Shown here piece after piece: positions 12,042 through 21,652 of a DNA stretch of 64,000 bases. The stretch comes from Escherichia coli (GTDB lineage Bacteria > Pseudomonadota > Gammaproteobacteria > Enterobacterales > Enterobacteriaceae). Where the stretch lies: assembly GCF_009931435.1 (NCBI RefSeq), contig NZ_CP043414.1. One strand, given 5' to 3'. Position 1 is the stretch's first letter, and every line of letters starts with the position of its first letter. The position numbers and the translations under genes are program-made. The notes under the pieces were generated by a model. The model searched no databases and was not told the DNA's origin. It was given only the letters and a program-made list of their open reading frames with translations.

Positions 12042-12670
12042 GCAGATAATTTACTCTCTACGTAATCAACCTGATTTGCCGAATCCCGCTCATCGGCGAT
12101 GATACCCCCCGTAATGCGTGGTCCTTATTTCCGATAAGTTTACTTGAGTCTTTAGCTTCCCATTTCAGCCCACTCTCCCCTGTGTGGGCTTTTTTCATTT
12201 GTCTGCTTCAGTGAGTAGCTGGCAATGCTCCATCCACTCTGCAAGGATGATAATAAGAGGATCTGATTCAGAAGAGTTTTGAAAAATTGGACCGCCATCG
12301 AGGCCTCGAACCCCGTACCATACAACAATCCTGGTTGTCGTCTGCTCTTCCTGATGAGCTAATGGCGGTTTGTGATATGAGCCTTACAGCATATTGTCTG
12401 TCAGGCTTGAGTGCGATGCGTAAGATACAGAAAAGACCCCACACAAACATGATGGAATTATGATTTTTTTCATATGAATGTCAACCAACACATTCATAAA
12501 ACACTCGCACAAGTTCACTTTTTAAGCAACATGACGCCGATCACAACAAAATATCGGCGAAAAAGGAGGGTAAATGCCATTTGACGTAGAGATAAGCAGA
12601 TGAAATGATTACCCGCTTTGCGATTCACTCTCTGATGGAATAAGAAATTGGAGATGGAAAAGTTTCTAAA

Positions 12671-13486
12671 CTAAAGAGTGTAGCGTATTTTAACGTGCTT
12701 ATTTACAGGATAATATTTGTCACCTAATTCCTGCACTCTATTAGATACCCATTGATTTAATCGTGCATCATCTCTGTATGTTTTTACGTTCAGAACGGAG
12801 AGCAATAACATCACTAGCGATTCAGGAAAAACAGGGTAAATATTTTTTAAGTGCAATAATAATTCATACGCAAGCGCCTGCTTAATAGGTGCGTCTGCGT
12901 CCGGAATGCGCGACATTTCGCGAAGCCATTTTTCTACATGCTCACATTCTTTCCCTTCACGGAAAAGTCTCAACAAAGGCATATGGTGCTCAAGAAGAAT
13001 GCATTTGCAATCTGTTCGTACTGAATCGATAAACTGCACTAATTTCTTAAGTCCGGTGAAGCGTCCGGCATGGATATTCTCTTTAATATCAAGAAACACG
13101 TCATCCTGATCATATACCCAAACGGTCCCTTTTTGATTTTCAAGTATCCGAAAAACAAACTTAATCGGGTAATCAGGGTAATCCACCCAGTCATAAACTC
13201 CAGGGAAATCATTAAACTGCACATTTATGGTAAGCGCATTGTCGGCTGCCCACTCGCAATCTCGTACGGCAGCCATGAGATAAATGAGTTTATCATCATC
13301 GACTAAATCATCACGACAATCATAAGGATAATCATAGTATTGTTTAATCAAAACCTTGAATATATCGACACAAGAAACCAGTGTACTTCTGATATCTTCA
13401 GGTAACTGATTGTTTTTAAACGTATTGTGTACGCTTTGTTTCGTATATAGCAACAAATTATTGTGCGGCGCTTTTAATGGTATCAT
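12671..13486 (-). CDS. yahL: Hypothetical protein, AT-rich orphan (YahL-like)
   Basis: 271-aa ORF in a markedly AT-rich block; no recognisable catalytic motifs; synteny with K-12 yahL. Confidence 0.6.
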   Translation of the reverse strand: MIPLKAPHNNLLLYTKQSVHNTFKNNQLPEDIRSTLVSCVDIFKVLIKQYYDYPYDCRDDLVDDDKLIYLMAAVRDCEWAADNALTINVQFNDFPGVYDWVDYPDYPIKFVFRILENQKGTVWVYDQDDVFLDIKENIHAGRFTGLKKLVQFIDSVRTDCKCILLEHHMPLLRLFREGKECEHVEKWLREMSRIPDADAPIKQALAYELLLHLKNIYPVFPESLVMLLLSVLNVKTYRDDARLNQWVSNRVQELGDKYYPVNKHVKIRYTL

Positions 13487-13728
13487 TGCGATCTCTCTTA
13501 AATAAAAATAAACGTCGCAGATAATAAAGCCCTGATTAAACCAGGCACTATCAGAAATCGCTCATAACTAATATATGCAGCATTGTGTACTGGAGGGAAT
13601 TAATTTAACAATTTGAATTTACATTATAGATTTTACTGCTACTTTGATAGTATTTCGCCCTTCTTAACTAAAAAGTTAAGTGGAGGGCGAAATTAATATG
13701 TTAAATCATAGAGCATTTATTAATTTTT

Positions 13729-14778
13729 TCAGTCTGTTAGTGTGCGATTATCGATAACAAAACGATATTTCACATCACCACGTAGCATTCGCTCATAGGC
13801 TTCATTAATTTGATCGGCCCGAATCATCTCTATATCAGCCACGATGCCATGTTCGGCGCAAAAATCGAGCATCTCCTGAGTTTCTGGAATGCCGCCAATC
13901 ATAGAACCGGCTATCGCACGGCGTTTCATGATCAGGTTGAAAACTTCCGGCGATTTATGCGGTGTCGCAGGCGCACCAACCAGGGTCATGGTGCCATCGC
14001 GCTTCAGCAAGGTGGTAAAATCATCGAGATTATGTGGCGCAGCTACGGTATTCAAAATGAAATCGAAACTCTTCACATGAGCCGCCATCTCATCGGCATT
14101 GCGCGAGTTAACAACTTCATCGGCCCCAAGGGCTTTTGCCGCTTCGCGTTTTGACTCAGACGTGGTAAATGCCACTACATGCGCCCCCATCGCGTGGGCC
14201 AGCTTTATCCCCATATGCCCCAGACCGCCAATGCCAACCACGCCCACTTTTTTACCCGGCCCGGCCTGCCAGTGACGCAGCGGCGAGTACGTGGTGATCC
14301 CTGCACACAATAAAGGCGCCACCGCCGCCAGTTGCGCTTGCGGGTGACGAATACGCAGAACATATCGCTCGTGAACGACAATCTGTTGTGAGTAGCCGCC
14401 CAGCGTATGGCCCGGTTCGTCCGGCGTCGGCGAGTTATAGGTGCCGGTCATGTGATCACAGTAGTTTTCCAGCCCGTCTTCACACTCTTCGCAATGTTTA
14501 CAACTGTCGACAATGCAGCCGACACCGACCAGATCGCCCGGCGCATATTTTTCTACCTGATCACCAACGGCTACCACGCGCCCTACAATTTCATGGCCCG
14601 GCACGCAGGGATAAACCGTCCCCGCCCACTCGGAACGGACCTGGTGGATATCGGAATGGCAGACGCCACAGTAAGCGATTTCAATTTTGACATCATGCGG
14701 TCCCGGTTCACGCCGGGTGATATCCATCGGTTCCAGCGGTTGTTTAGCGGAATATGCACCAACAGCTTTGATCTTCAT
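13729..14778 (-). CDS. yahK: Zn-dependent NADPH aldehyde reductase / alcohol dehydrogenase
   Basis: 349-aa ORF with Zn-ADH signature GHEIVG and catalytic-Zn cysteines (CGVCHSD). Confidence 0.85.
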   Translation of the reverse strand: MKIKAVGAYSAKQPLEPMDITRREPGPHDVKIEIAYCGVCHSDIHQVRSEWAGTVYPCVPGHEIVGRVVAVGDQVEKYAPGDLVGVGCIVDSCKHCEECEDGLENYCDHMTGTYNSPTPDEPGHTLGGYSQQIVVHERYVLRIRHPQAQLAAVAPLLCAGITTYSPLRHWQAGPGKKVGVVGIGGLGHMGIKLAHAMGAHVVAFTTSESKREAAKALGADEVVNSRNADEMAAHVKSFDFILNTVAAPHNLDDFTTLLKRDGTMTLVGAPATPHKSPEVFNLIMKRRAIAGSMIGGIPETQEMLDFCAEHGIVADIEMIRADQINEAYERMLRGDVKYRFVIDNRTLTD

Positions 14779-14864
14779 TGTGTTTACTCCTGATTAGCTA
14801 TGTGTATTTGGCGATGCCTGAAATGCCATCGCAGCAAAACGCGTCCATTGAATATAGCCAATAT

Positions 14865-15851
14865 TTAAACCACCCGATCCAGCCCCAACATGCCGCGAGC
14901 CTGAATGAAACAGAGCAGCAACGTTCCCCATAAGGCCATCGTCAGGTAGGGGCTTATCCCGAGAATATTGAAGCCGCTTTCAATAATTTGCAGAAGAAAC
15001 AGCGCCAGCACCATACCAATTATCCGCCCGCTGCCGCCGTCCGGATTAACCCCGCCGAGTACTGCCGCGAGGATTGACACCAGCAAGTACGATTCGCCAT
15101 AAGAGGCCTTAGCCGAGTTGAGTTTCGACATCATCAAAAATGCCGCTACCGCACAAAGCAAGGCGGAAATGACATACACCCATATCAGCACCCGACGCGT
15201 GTTAATACCGGAGTAAAGTGTTGCTCGTTCGTTAGAACCAATCAGATAAATGGATTTACCGAGCGGCGTTTTCTCCAGCAATATCCACAGCCCCAGCGCC
15301 ACTGCGGTAAACAACCACATCGGTAGCGGAATACCGAACCACTGTGCATGATTCAACCACAGCACCCATGAGGGATAATTGGCAATGGCGCTACCGCCTG
15401 TCACCAGAATATTTACCCCTTTGAGCAACGTCATCATCCCAAGCGTTGCAAGAATTGGCGACACTCGAATACCGGCAATCAATACGCCATTACATAAACC
15501 AATTATCACCGCCGCACCAGCGCCCGCCAGCAGCGTAGCGACAACCGTAGTAATACCCGGCGGATACTGAGTCGCCACCCACGCCATCACCAGTGAACAG
15601 GCGTTAGCGGTAGCAATAATTGACAAGTTAATGCCGCCACAAAGCATGGTCACCGCCATAGCCAACGCCAGAATGCCCAGCACGGGCATTTGCGAAGCGA
15701 CAGACTGGAAGTTACTTATCGACCAGAAAATCTCCGGCATAGTAATGCTGAACGCGGCAACAGTTAGCACCAGCAGGCCGATCAAATAAAACTCAACGTT
15801 ATTACGCCACGATTTTTTCATAGCAGACTCCGGTTCTGATGCTGACTCCAC
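14865..15851 (-). CDS. ABC transporter permease (RbsC/LsrD-like)
   Basis: 328-aa polytopic membrane protein; overlaps the upstream permease gene; part of a 4-gene ABC operon. Confidence 0.8.
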   Translation of the reverse strand: MESASEPESAMKKSWRNNVEFYLIGLLVLTVAAFSITMPEIFWSISNFQSVASQMPVLGILALAMAVTMLCGGINLSIIATANACSLVMAWVATQYPPGITTVVATLLAGAGAAVIIGLCNGVLIAGIRVSPILATLGMMTLLKGVNILVTGGSAIANYPSWVLWLNHAQWFGIPLPMWLFTAVALGLWILLEKTPLGKSIYLIGSNERATLYSGINTRRVLIWVYVISALLCAVAAFLMMSKLNSAKASYGESYLLVSILAAVLGGVNPDGGSGRIIGMVLALFLLQIIESGFNILGISPYLTMALWGTLLLCFIQARGMLGLDRVV

Positions 15852-16789
15852 GCCGTGGCACTAATGCTGGCAACGATGATGATGCCTGTGATCAATGTTT
15901 GCCAGTAAGACGAGACTCCCAATAAATTTAGCCCGTTTTGCATCACTGCCAACAACACCACGCCGAGCAAAGTACCGGTTAACGTGCCGCGCCCGCCGAG
16001 CAAACTAGTGCCGCCAAGCACCACCGCAGCCAGTACTGTCAGCTCATAACCCAGAAGAGAATCGGGGGCGACAGTCATCACCGTCCACGACTGCACTACA
16101 CCCGCAGCACCAGACATCAATCCCATATAGCCGTAAACGAAAAGTTGCAGTTTCAGCACGCTAAAGCCGATGCGACTGGCTGATTCACGGTTCCCGCCAA
16201 GGGCATAAATTTTGCGCCCTACACTGGTGAAATTCATGATAAACGCTGTCAGCAGCACCACCGTAATCATGGCGATCAGCGGCAGACCAAGGCCATAGTC
16301 ATAGCCGTCAACATCGGTGTACTTGAACAACATTACCCCCTGCTCAAACCACGGCGGAAAGTCGTACAGCCACACACCTTTACTCAACCATAACAGCAGG
16401 CCATAGAAAATATTCAGCGTCGAAATGGTGATGATGATAGAAGGCACCCGTAGGCGATTAACCAGTAAGGCGTTTATTAAGCCAAGTAAAATGCCGATGC
16501 CGCCCGCCAGGGCAAACGCGACAGCAAAGTTGCCACCCATTTTTTGTAGCAACAGCACCATGCCGTATTGCGCAATGATGGTCATTGCTGGAAACGAAAT
16601 ATCAATTCCACCGGAAATTAACACCACAAACAAACCACAGGCGAGAATAGTCAACATGGCATAGTTATTGGCGAGATCGTACAAATTACCGAATGTCAGA
16701 AACTCGTCGCTGCGCCAGGCAAGGCCAACAAACAGCACTATAATCAGTAATGCCAGCCAGAATTCATGACGTTTTTTCAGTTCAGCCAT
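15818..16789 (-). CDS. ABC transporter permease (RbsC/LsrC-like)
   Basis: 323-aa polytopic membrane protein; overlaps the ATPase gene by 8 nt. Confidence 0.8.
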   Translation of the reverse strand: MAELKKRHEFWLALLIIVLFVGLAWRSDEFLTFGNLYDLANNYAMLTILACGLFVVLISGGIDISFPAMTIIAQYGMVLLLQKMGGNFAVAFALAGGIGILLGLINALLVNRLRVPSIIITISTLNIFYGLLLWLSKGVWLYDFPPWFEQGVMLFKYTDVDGYDYGLGLPLIAMITVVLLTAFIMNFTSVGRKIYALGGNRESASRIGFSVLKLQLFVYGYMGLMSGAAGVVQSWTVMTVAPDSLLGYELTVLAAVVLGGTSLLGGRGTLTGTLLGVVLLAVMQNGLNLLGVSSYWQTLITGIIIVASISATAWSQHQNRSLL

Positions 16790-18281
16790 TTACCACCTCC
16801 GCAATCCTGGCCTGAGAACTGCTGTCAGGCAGGAAGCTATGGGTGATCTGACCTTTTTGCATTACCAAAATCCGGTGGCTTTGATACCACGCTTCTTCAA
16901 TTTCATCGCAGATCATCAATACCGCAATGCCATGAGCCGCCAGATCGCTGATAATGCCGTATATTCCTGCTTTGTTGGCGATATCAACACCGACAGTCGG
17001 GCTATCGAGAATCAACAGTCGTGGCCCAATCGCCAGCCATTTGGCGATCGATACTCGCTGCGCGTTACCCCCGGAAAGCGTATTCACCGGGAGATGTGGG
17101 TCAGAGACTTTGATGGTCAATGCCTTAATTAGCCTGTCCACCAGGTCACGCACTTTAGCTTCACTCAGAAAGCCGAAGCGATCTTTTACCTTGTGAAAAA
17201 CAGTGCTAATGATGTTGTCTTCAATAGATTGCGCCATCACCAAACCGCGCGACATGCGATCTTCCGAAACATAACCAATACCGTGGCGGATGGCGTCCTG
17301 GTTACTATGCAGTGTAACCGGCTGACCGTTGATGAGGATCTCACCAGCATCCGGTCGGGTCATACCAAACAGACTCAGACATAATTCCGTGCGCCCCGCA
17401 CCAAGCAGGCCAACAATCGACACCACTTCGCCCGCTTCCACCCGCAAGTTAATATTTTGATATTCCCCATGACGACTTAAATTACGCACCTCCAGCACTG
17501 GGGTGCTGGATTTTCCCTGCCACAACTCTCGCACCTGATATTCAAACTCCTGGCCGGTCATCAGGAAACCGAGTTGTTTTGTGGTCATCTCTGCAGCCGG
17601 AAAGGTCCCGACCAGCTCACCATCTTTCAACACTGAAATACGGTCGGAAACTTCCATCACCTCTTCCAGACGATGACTGACGAAGACCACGCAGATCCCG
17701 CGTTCCCGCAATTGATGCACCACCTGTAATAACCCTTGCACTTCCTGATGGGTCAGCGAAGCGGTTGGTTCATCCATCACGATCAACCGTGCGTCCTGCG
17801 CCAGTGCACGGCAAATTGCCACCAGCTGACAGCGGGCAATTGAAAGCTCAGAAACGAGCGTATCCAGTGGCAATGTGACGTTAATACTGGTCATTGCCGC
17901 CTGCGCCACCTCACGCAGACGACGTCGGTTAACAAACAGTCCGTGGTGATAGTGATTCACGGCGATATTCTCCCAGACACTCAGGTTAGGAAATAAAGAG
18001 AGGTCCTGATAAATCACCTGAATCCCCTGCGCCACCGAAGCGGCGGGTGTCAGCTTTGACCAGTTTTTCCCACCAAGCGTAATTTCCGCCCCCTCATCCG
18101 GGCGATAAACACCGGACATAATTTTAATCAACGTCGATTTACCACAGCCGTTTTGCCCGGCAAGGCAGTGCACCTCACCCGACATAAAGTCGAGAGAAAC
18201 ATCGCGCAGCGCTCGCGTGGCATGAAACGTTTTGTTGATATGACGAAGGGAAAGGAAGGTTTCCATAGCATCCCCTGGCAA
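16782..18281 (-). CDS. ABC transporter ATP-binding protein, fused double cassette (RbsA/LsrA-like)
   Basis: 499 aa with two Walker A motifs (GQNGCGKST and GLLGAGRTE) and Walker B LIVMDEPTASL. Confidence 0.88.
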   Translation of the reverse strand: MPGDAMETFLSLRHINKTFHATRALRDVSLDFMSGEVHCLAGQNGCGKSTLIKIMSGVYRPDEGAEITLGGKNWSKLTPAASVAQGIQVIYQDLSLFPNLSVWENIAVNHYHHGLFVNRRRLREVAQAAMTSINVTLPLDTLVSELSIARCQLVAICRALAQDARLIVMDEPTASLTHQEVQGLLQVVHQLRERGICVVFVSHRLEEVMEVSDRISVLKDGELVGTFPAAEMTTKQLGFLMTGQEFEYQVRELWQGKSSTPVLEVRNLSRHGEYQNINLRVEAGEVVSIVGLLGAGRTELCLSLFGMTRPDAGEILINGQPVTLHSNQDAIRHGIGYVSEDRMSRGLVMAQSIEDNIISTVFHKVKDRFGFLSEAKVRDLVDRLIKALTIKVSDPHLPVNTLSGGNAQRVSIAKWLAIGPRLLILDSPTVGVDIANKAGIYGIISDLAAHGIAVLMICDEIEEAWYQSHRILVMQKGQITHSFLPDSSSQARIAEVVNG

Positions 18282-18314
18282 TAAGAATCGGGGCTTTCGC
18301 CCCGAAGAAATGGA

Positions 18315-19301
18315 TTAATAAAGTGAGTCAATATTGTCTTTGTTGACCAGTAATACCTTATGGAAACGGATAATTCGCTTATCCATATCTACGTCGGCCT
18401 TACCGAGATTCTCCATTTCTAATCCAGGTTTGATCTCTTCACCCTTCAGCAACGTGCTGGCGACGGCCGCGAGTGCGTAACCTGCAGAGGCCGGATCGTA
18501 AGTAATCCCTTCGGTGATATCACCACTTTTAATCAGTGATGCCGCCTGTGAAGGGATCATCATGCCATAGACTGCGACTTTATTTTTCGCCCGTTTCTCT
18601 TTCACTGCACGTCCCGCGCCAATCGGACCGTTTGAACCAAAGGAGACAACCGCTTTCAAGTCAGGATAGGTTTTCATGAGGTCCAGTGTGGTACGACGTG
18701 AGTCATCCACACTCTCGGCAACCGGCATGCGGCGGGTAACTTCATGCATATCCGGGTAATGCTCTTTCTGGTATTTCACCAGCAAGTCAGCCCATAAGTT
18801 ATGCTGCGGCACGGTCAAACTACCCACGTAAATCACATAGCCGCCCTTGCCACCCATGCGTTTCGCCATATGTTCAACATATTCAGCGGCAAATTTTTCG
18901 TTATCAATGATTTCGATATCCCAGTTAGCACTTGGCTGACCGGGGGATTCGTTGGTCAGAACCACAATTCCGGCATCTCGCGCTTTTTTGAATACCGGTT
19001 CCAGCACGTTGGCATCGTTTGGCACGATAGTAATTGCGTTAACCTTACGAGCGATTAAATCCTCAATAATTTTAACCTGTTGAGGAGCATCAGTACTTGA
19101 AGGTCCCACCTGTGACGCATTAACACCAAAGGCTTTACCTGCCTCGACCACACCTTCGCCCATGCGATTAAACCACGGCATACCATCGACTTTAGAGATA
19201 TTCACCACGACTTTTTCCGCTGCCTGGAGCGGCGAGGAAATTAGCGCAGCGCCTAATAACAGCGAAGACACCATATTGATAACAAAACGTTTATTCATCA
19301 T
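18315..19301 (-). CDS. Periplasmic substrate-binding protein of the ribose/AI-2 (LsrB-like) class
   Basis: 328 aa with signal peptide MMNKRFVINMVSSLLLGAALISSPLQA; the C-terminal ...VLLVNKDNIDSLY resembles the LsrB C-terminus as recalled. Confidence 0.8.
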   Translation of the reverse strand: MMNKRFVINMVSSLLLGAALISSPLQAAEKVVVNISKVDGMPWFNRMGEGVVEAGKAFGVNASQVGPSSTDAPQQVKIIEDLIARKVNAITIVPNDANVLEPVFKKARDAGIVVLTNESPGQPSANWDIEIIDNEKFAAEYVEHMAKRMGGKGGYVIYVGSLTVPQHNLWADLLVKYQKEHYPDMHEVTRRMPVAESVDDSRRTTLDLMKTYPDLKAVVSFGSNGPIGAGRAVKEKRAKNKVAVYGMMIPSQAASLIKSGDITEGITYDPASAGYALAAVASTLLKGEEIKPGLEMENLGKADVDMDKRIIRFHKVLLVNKDNIDSLY

Positions 19302-19551
19302 TTCAGCCTCATTGCAGGGTAGTCAGGAAGTGTTCGCCCAAATTAGCGCGCTGGAGAGAATAAGAATTTTCGAATATTTTTATGCAGAATAAACAGCCCT
19401 ATTTCAGGCAGCTATTAAAAATTTGGTTATAAATATGGACAAAATGGGCAGCAACAATAAGTGTGACATTCATCACGTAAAAAATAGTAAAACAAACACA
19501 ATTAACGATATTTTATGTTTGTGAGTTTATTTCATGCGGATAGAGAGTTAT

Positions 19552-19962
19552 CTACACAACTTCAATGAGGGCATATTCTTCAAAAATAACGTCCATTTCG
19601 GGTGAATAGCTTCCCTCTGCCTGGAAAAAACGACGGTGTTCATTGCGCCAATATTCAAGACTAAGATCACCTTCACCTTCCTTGCGGGCAATCTCTTCGG
19701 TGACATCAGAAAAGCGCAGTAAATGCAGGCCAATCACTCTGATAACACATACAGGCTCACCACGGCTATTTTCTACAATCTTATACTCGCCAATCATCGG
19801 AAATGCGTTGTCTTCAATACATCCTGCCAGCGAACCACAGGAAGCAGTTTTAACACCAGTTGCAATCAACGTTGCGAGGTAATCGGCCAACGCTGCTGAA
19901 TCGCCAAAACTACAAAAGGAAGCATGGGGATATTTTTGTGAGATTTTTTCTTTTATGGTCAT
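19552..19962 (-). CDS. Small cytoplasmic protein, possibly ASCH-domain
   Basis: 136 aa when started at MTIKEK (11th codon of the 146-aa ORF); family assignment is from pattern recall only. Confidence 0.5.
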   Translation of the reverse strand: MTIKEKISQKYPHASFCSFGDSAALADYLATLIATGVKTASCGSLAGCIEDNAFPMIGEYKIVENSRGEPVCVIRVIGLHLLRFSDVTEEIARKEGEGDLSLEYWRNEHRRFFQAEGSYSPEMDVIFEEYALIEVV

Positions 19963-20260
19963 GGCAATATTTTCGCGATAACAGAACAACAAATTACATC
20001 TTAATTACTGTCGATAACTATCAGCAAGAGGATCATTGGTTTTTCTATGTTTAATCTTTTTTATCCGAAGCAGGTCACATTTATGGCTTGATAAATACCT
20101 TTGTTAAAACTCACTTTTGTGTATTTCTCTCAAATAATCCCCTGGAAATTATGCCGGGAGATTATAAAGTTCAGGATCATTCATTAACAAACCATTCCCG
20201 CCCCACTCCCTGGGGCTTAAATCTCTTACTATTCACCGTTGCAGGCGTTTCAAATTCGTA

Positions 20261-21643
20261 TCAACCTGCCACACTCCCCCACACCAGTTGCCCTTTATGG
20301 AACGTCGCCGTTCTCGGCGAGATACGCGCCACCGCCTCGGCAGAACAGGAGGCGTCCACCAGCACAAAGCTGGCGTCATCCTGCGCTTTTGGCCACACAC
20401 GCTCGCCTTTTTCATTTAGCGGCAACACATCGCCAGTGGCTAAAAACAGCGAGCGGGATAAATTCTGTTCGTTAGGACGAATATAGAGCTGCGCATACAG
20501 ATTGGCTTTTTCCAGCATGTCGCCCAGGCCGTAAGGCGACCAGTGGTCGATAACGCTGTCGGTGCCGGTCATCACTTTTACACCTTTGTCATGTAGCTGT
20601 TTGAGCGGCATATGCAACGTGCCAATCGGCACCGTCGAGGCGATAGAAATTTGCTGCGCCGCCATCCGGTGCGCCAACTCATCGACCTGTTGCTCGTTGA
20701 GCGTTGCCAGCGCAAAGGCGTGACTGATGGTCAGCTTGCCCTTCAGCTGCGGCGTTTTCTCTACCGTTTCAACCATATAATTGATGGCTGCCACGCCCGC
20801 CGGAGTGGTTTCGTGCAGATGAATATCGACGCCTTTGTCGTAGTCCAGCGCAATCTGGAACATGGTGTCGAGGGATTTTTCCATCGCGCCATCAACACTG
20901 GTCGGGTCCAGCCCGCCGACGTAATGCGCGCCTGCCTGCATTGCTTCACGCATCAAGGGTTCCGATTTCGACAGCAGCAAACCGTGCTGCGGGAAGGCGA
21001 CGATTTCACACTCGAAGCCCGCCTGACGTCGCGCCAGCACCGCCTGCAAATTTTGCAGATTTTTCAGGCCGGAAACCGGTTCGATATTGCAGTGGCTGCG
21101 GGCAATGGTGGTGCCTTTCGACTGCAATAAATCGATCAGTTTTTCTGCCCGCTCCTGAGTGTACGGTTGTAACTCCGGCAGCATTTTCTGCTCGAGTTTG
21201 ATCATGTCCTGGATGGTGGTGCCTGCCGGGCGATTGAGCGAGCGCCACGGTCCGCCGTAAAAGGTTTTGTCGAGATGAATATGCATGTCGCGAGTAGTGG
21301 GCAGCATCAGCTTACCGCCAGCGTCATATTGCGGCAGCGTGGCGTCCGGATGCTGCTTGTTCTCATGTAGCACAACAATTTTACCGTCCTGAATCTCCAC
21401 GGTCTGGCGCGCCGTGCGGGTCTGCACCGCCACACCGTTTTCGTAGTCAAAACCGGTTTCCAGCAGCACGTTATCAAGATAGTAATGCGGGTCAGTGATT
21501 TTCATGGTGTTATTCGCGTCGCAGTGGGTTGTGCCAGAGACCTCCGCATGGGCGAATGGCACAGAGGTACCAAACAGCGCGGCGGCGGTGACCATCTTAC
21601 CGCTCTGGCTCAGAAATTCACGGCGGCTATTGTTTTTTTTCAT
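20261..21643 (-). CDS. yahJ: Metal-dependent amidohydrolase/deaminase with twin-arginine (Tat) signal peptide (YahJ-like)
   Basis: 460 aa; N-terminus MKKNNSRREFLSQSGKMVTAAALFGTSVPFAHA carries the S-R-R-x-F-L Tat motif; HIHLD and DIHLHET metal-binding motifs as in the CodA/AtzC family. Confidence 0.82.
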   Translation of the reverse strand: MKKNNSRREFLSQSGKMVTAAALFGTSVPFAHAEVSGTTHCDANNTMKITDPHYYLDNVLLETGFDYENGVAVQTRTARQTVEIQDGKIVVLHENKQHPDATLPQYDAGGKLMLPTTRDMHIHLDKTFYGGPWRSLNRPAGTTIQDMIKLEQKMLPELQPYTQERAEKLIDLLQSKGTTIARSHCNIEPVSGLKNLQNLQAVLARRQAGFECEIVAFPQHGLLLSKSEPLMREAMQAGAHYVGGLDPTSVDGAMEKSLDTMFQIALDYDKGVDIHLHETTPAGVAAINYMVETVEKTPQLKGKLTISHAFALATLNEQQVDELAHRMAAQQISIASTVPIGTLHMPLKQLHDKGVKVMTGTDSVIDHWSPYGLGDMLEKANLYAQLYIRPNEQNLSRSLFLATGDVLPLNEKGERVWPKAQDDASFVLVDASCSAEAVARISPRTATFHKGQLVWGSVAG

Positions 21644-21652
21644 CTTACGTCC

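Noticed and set aside
12289-12370. tRNA-like element: 8-bp inverted repeat (CCGCCAT...ATGGCGG) spaced about 75 nt apart, with GGTTCGAGGCC resembling a T-loop on the minus strand
   Set aside because: It cannot be folded into a cloverleaf with proper D and anticodon arms; the T-loop-like segment is part of a perfect palindrome (CGAGGCCTCG) without a 7-nt loop. More likely a small palindromic repeat or remnant of K-12 yahM than a tRNA.
12268-12450. 60-aa minus-strand ORF between yahN and yahL (possible yahM counterpart)
   Set aside because: No RBS, motif or conservation that I can verify; too weak to call.
14795-14850. Imperfect hairpin (GCGATGCC...GCCATCGC) between the ABC permease stop and the yahK start
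   Set aside because: One mismatch in the stem and no T-run; could be a weak terminator or attenuator but not supportable.
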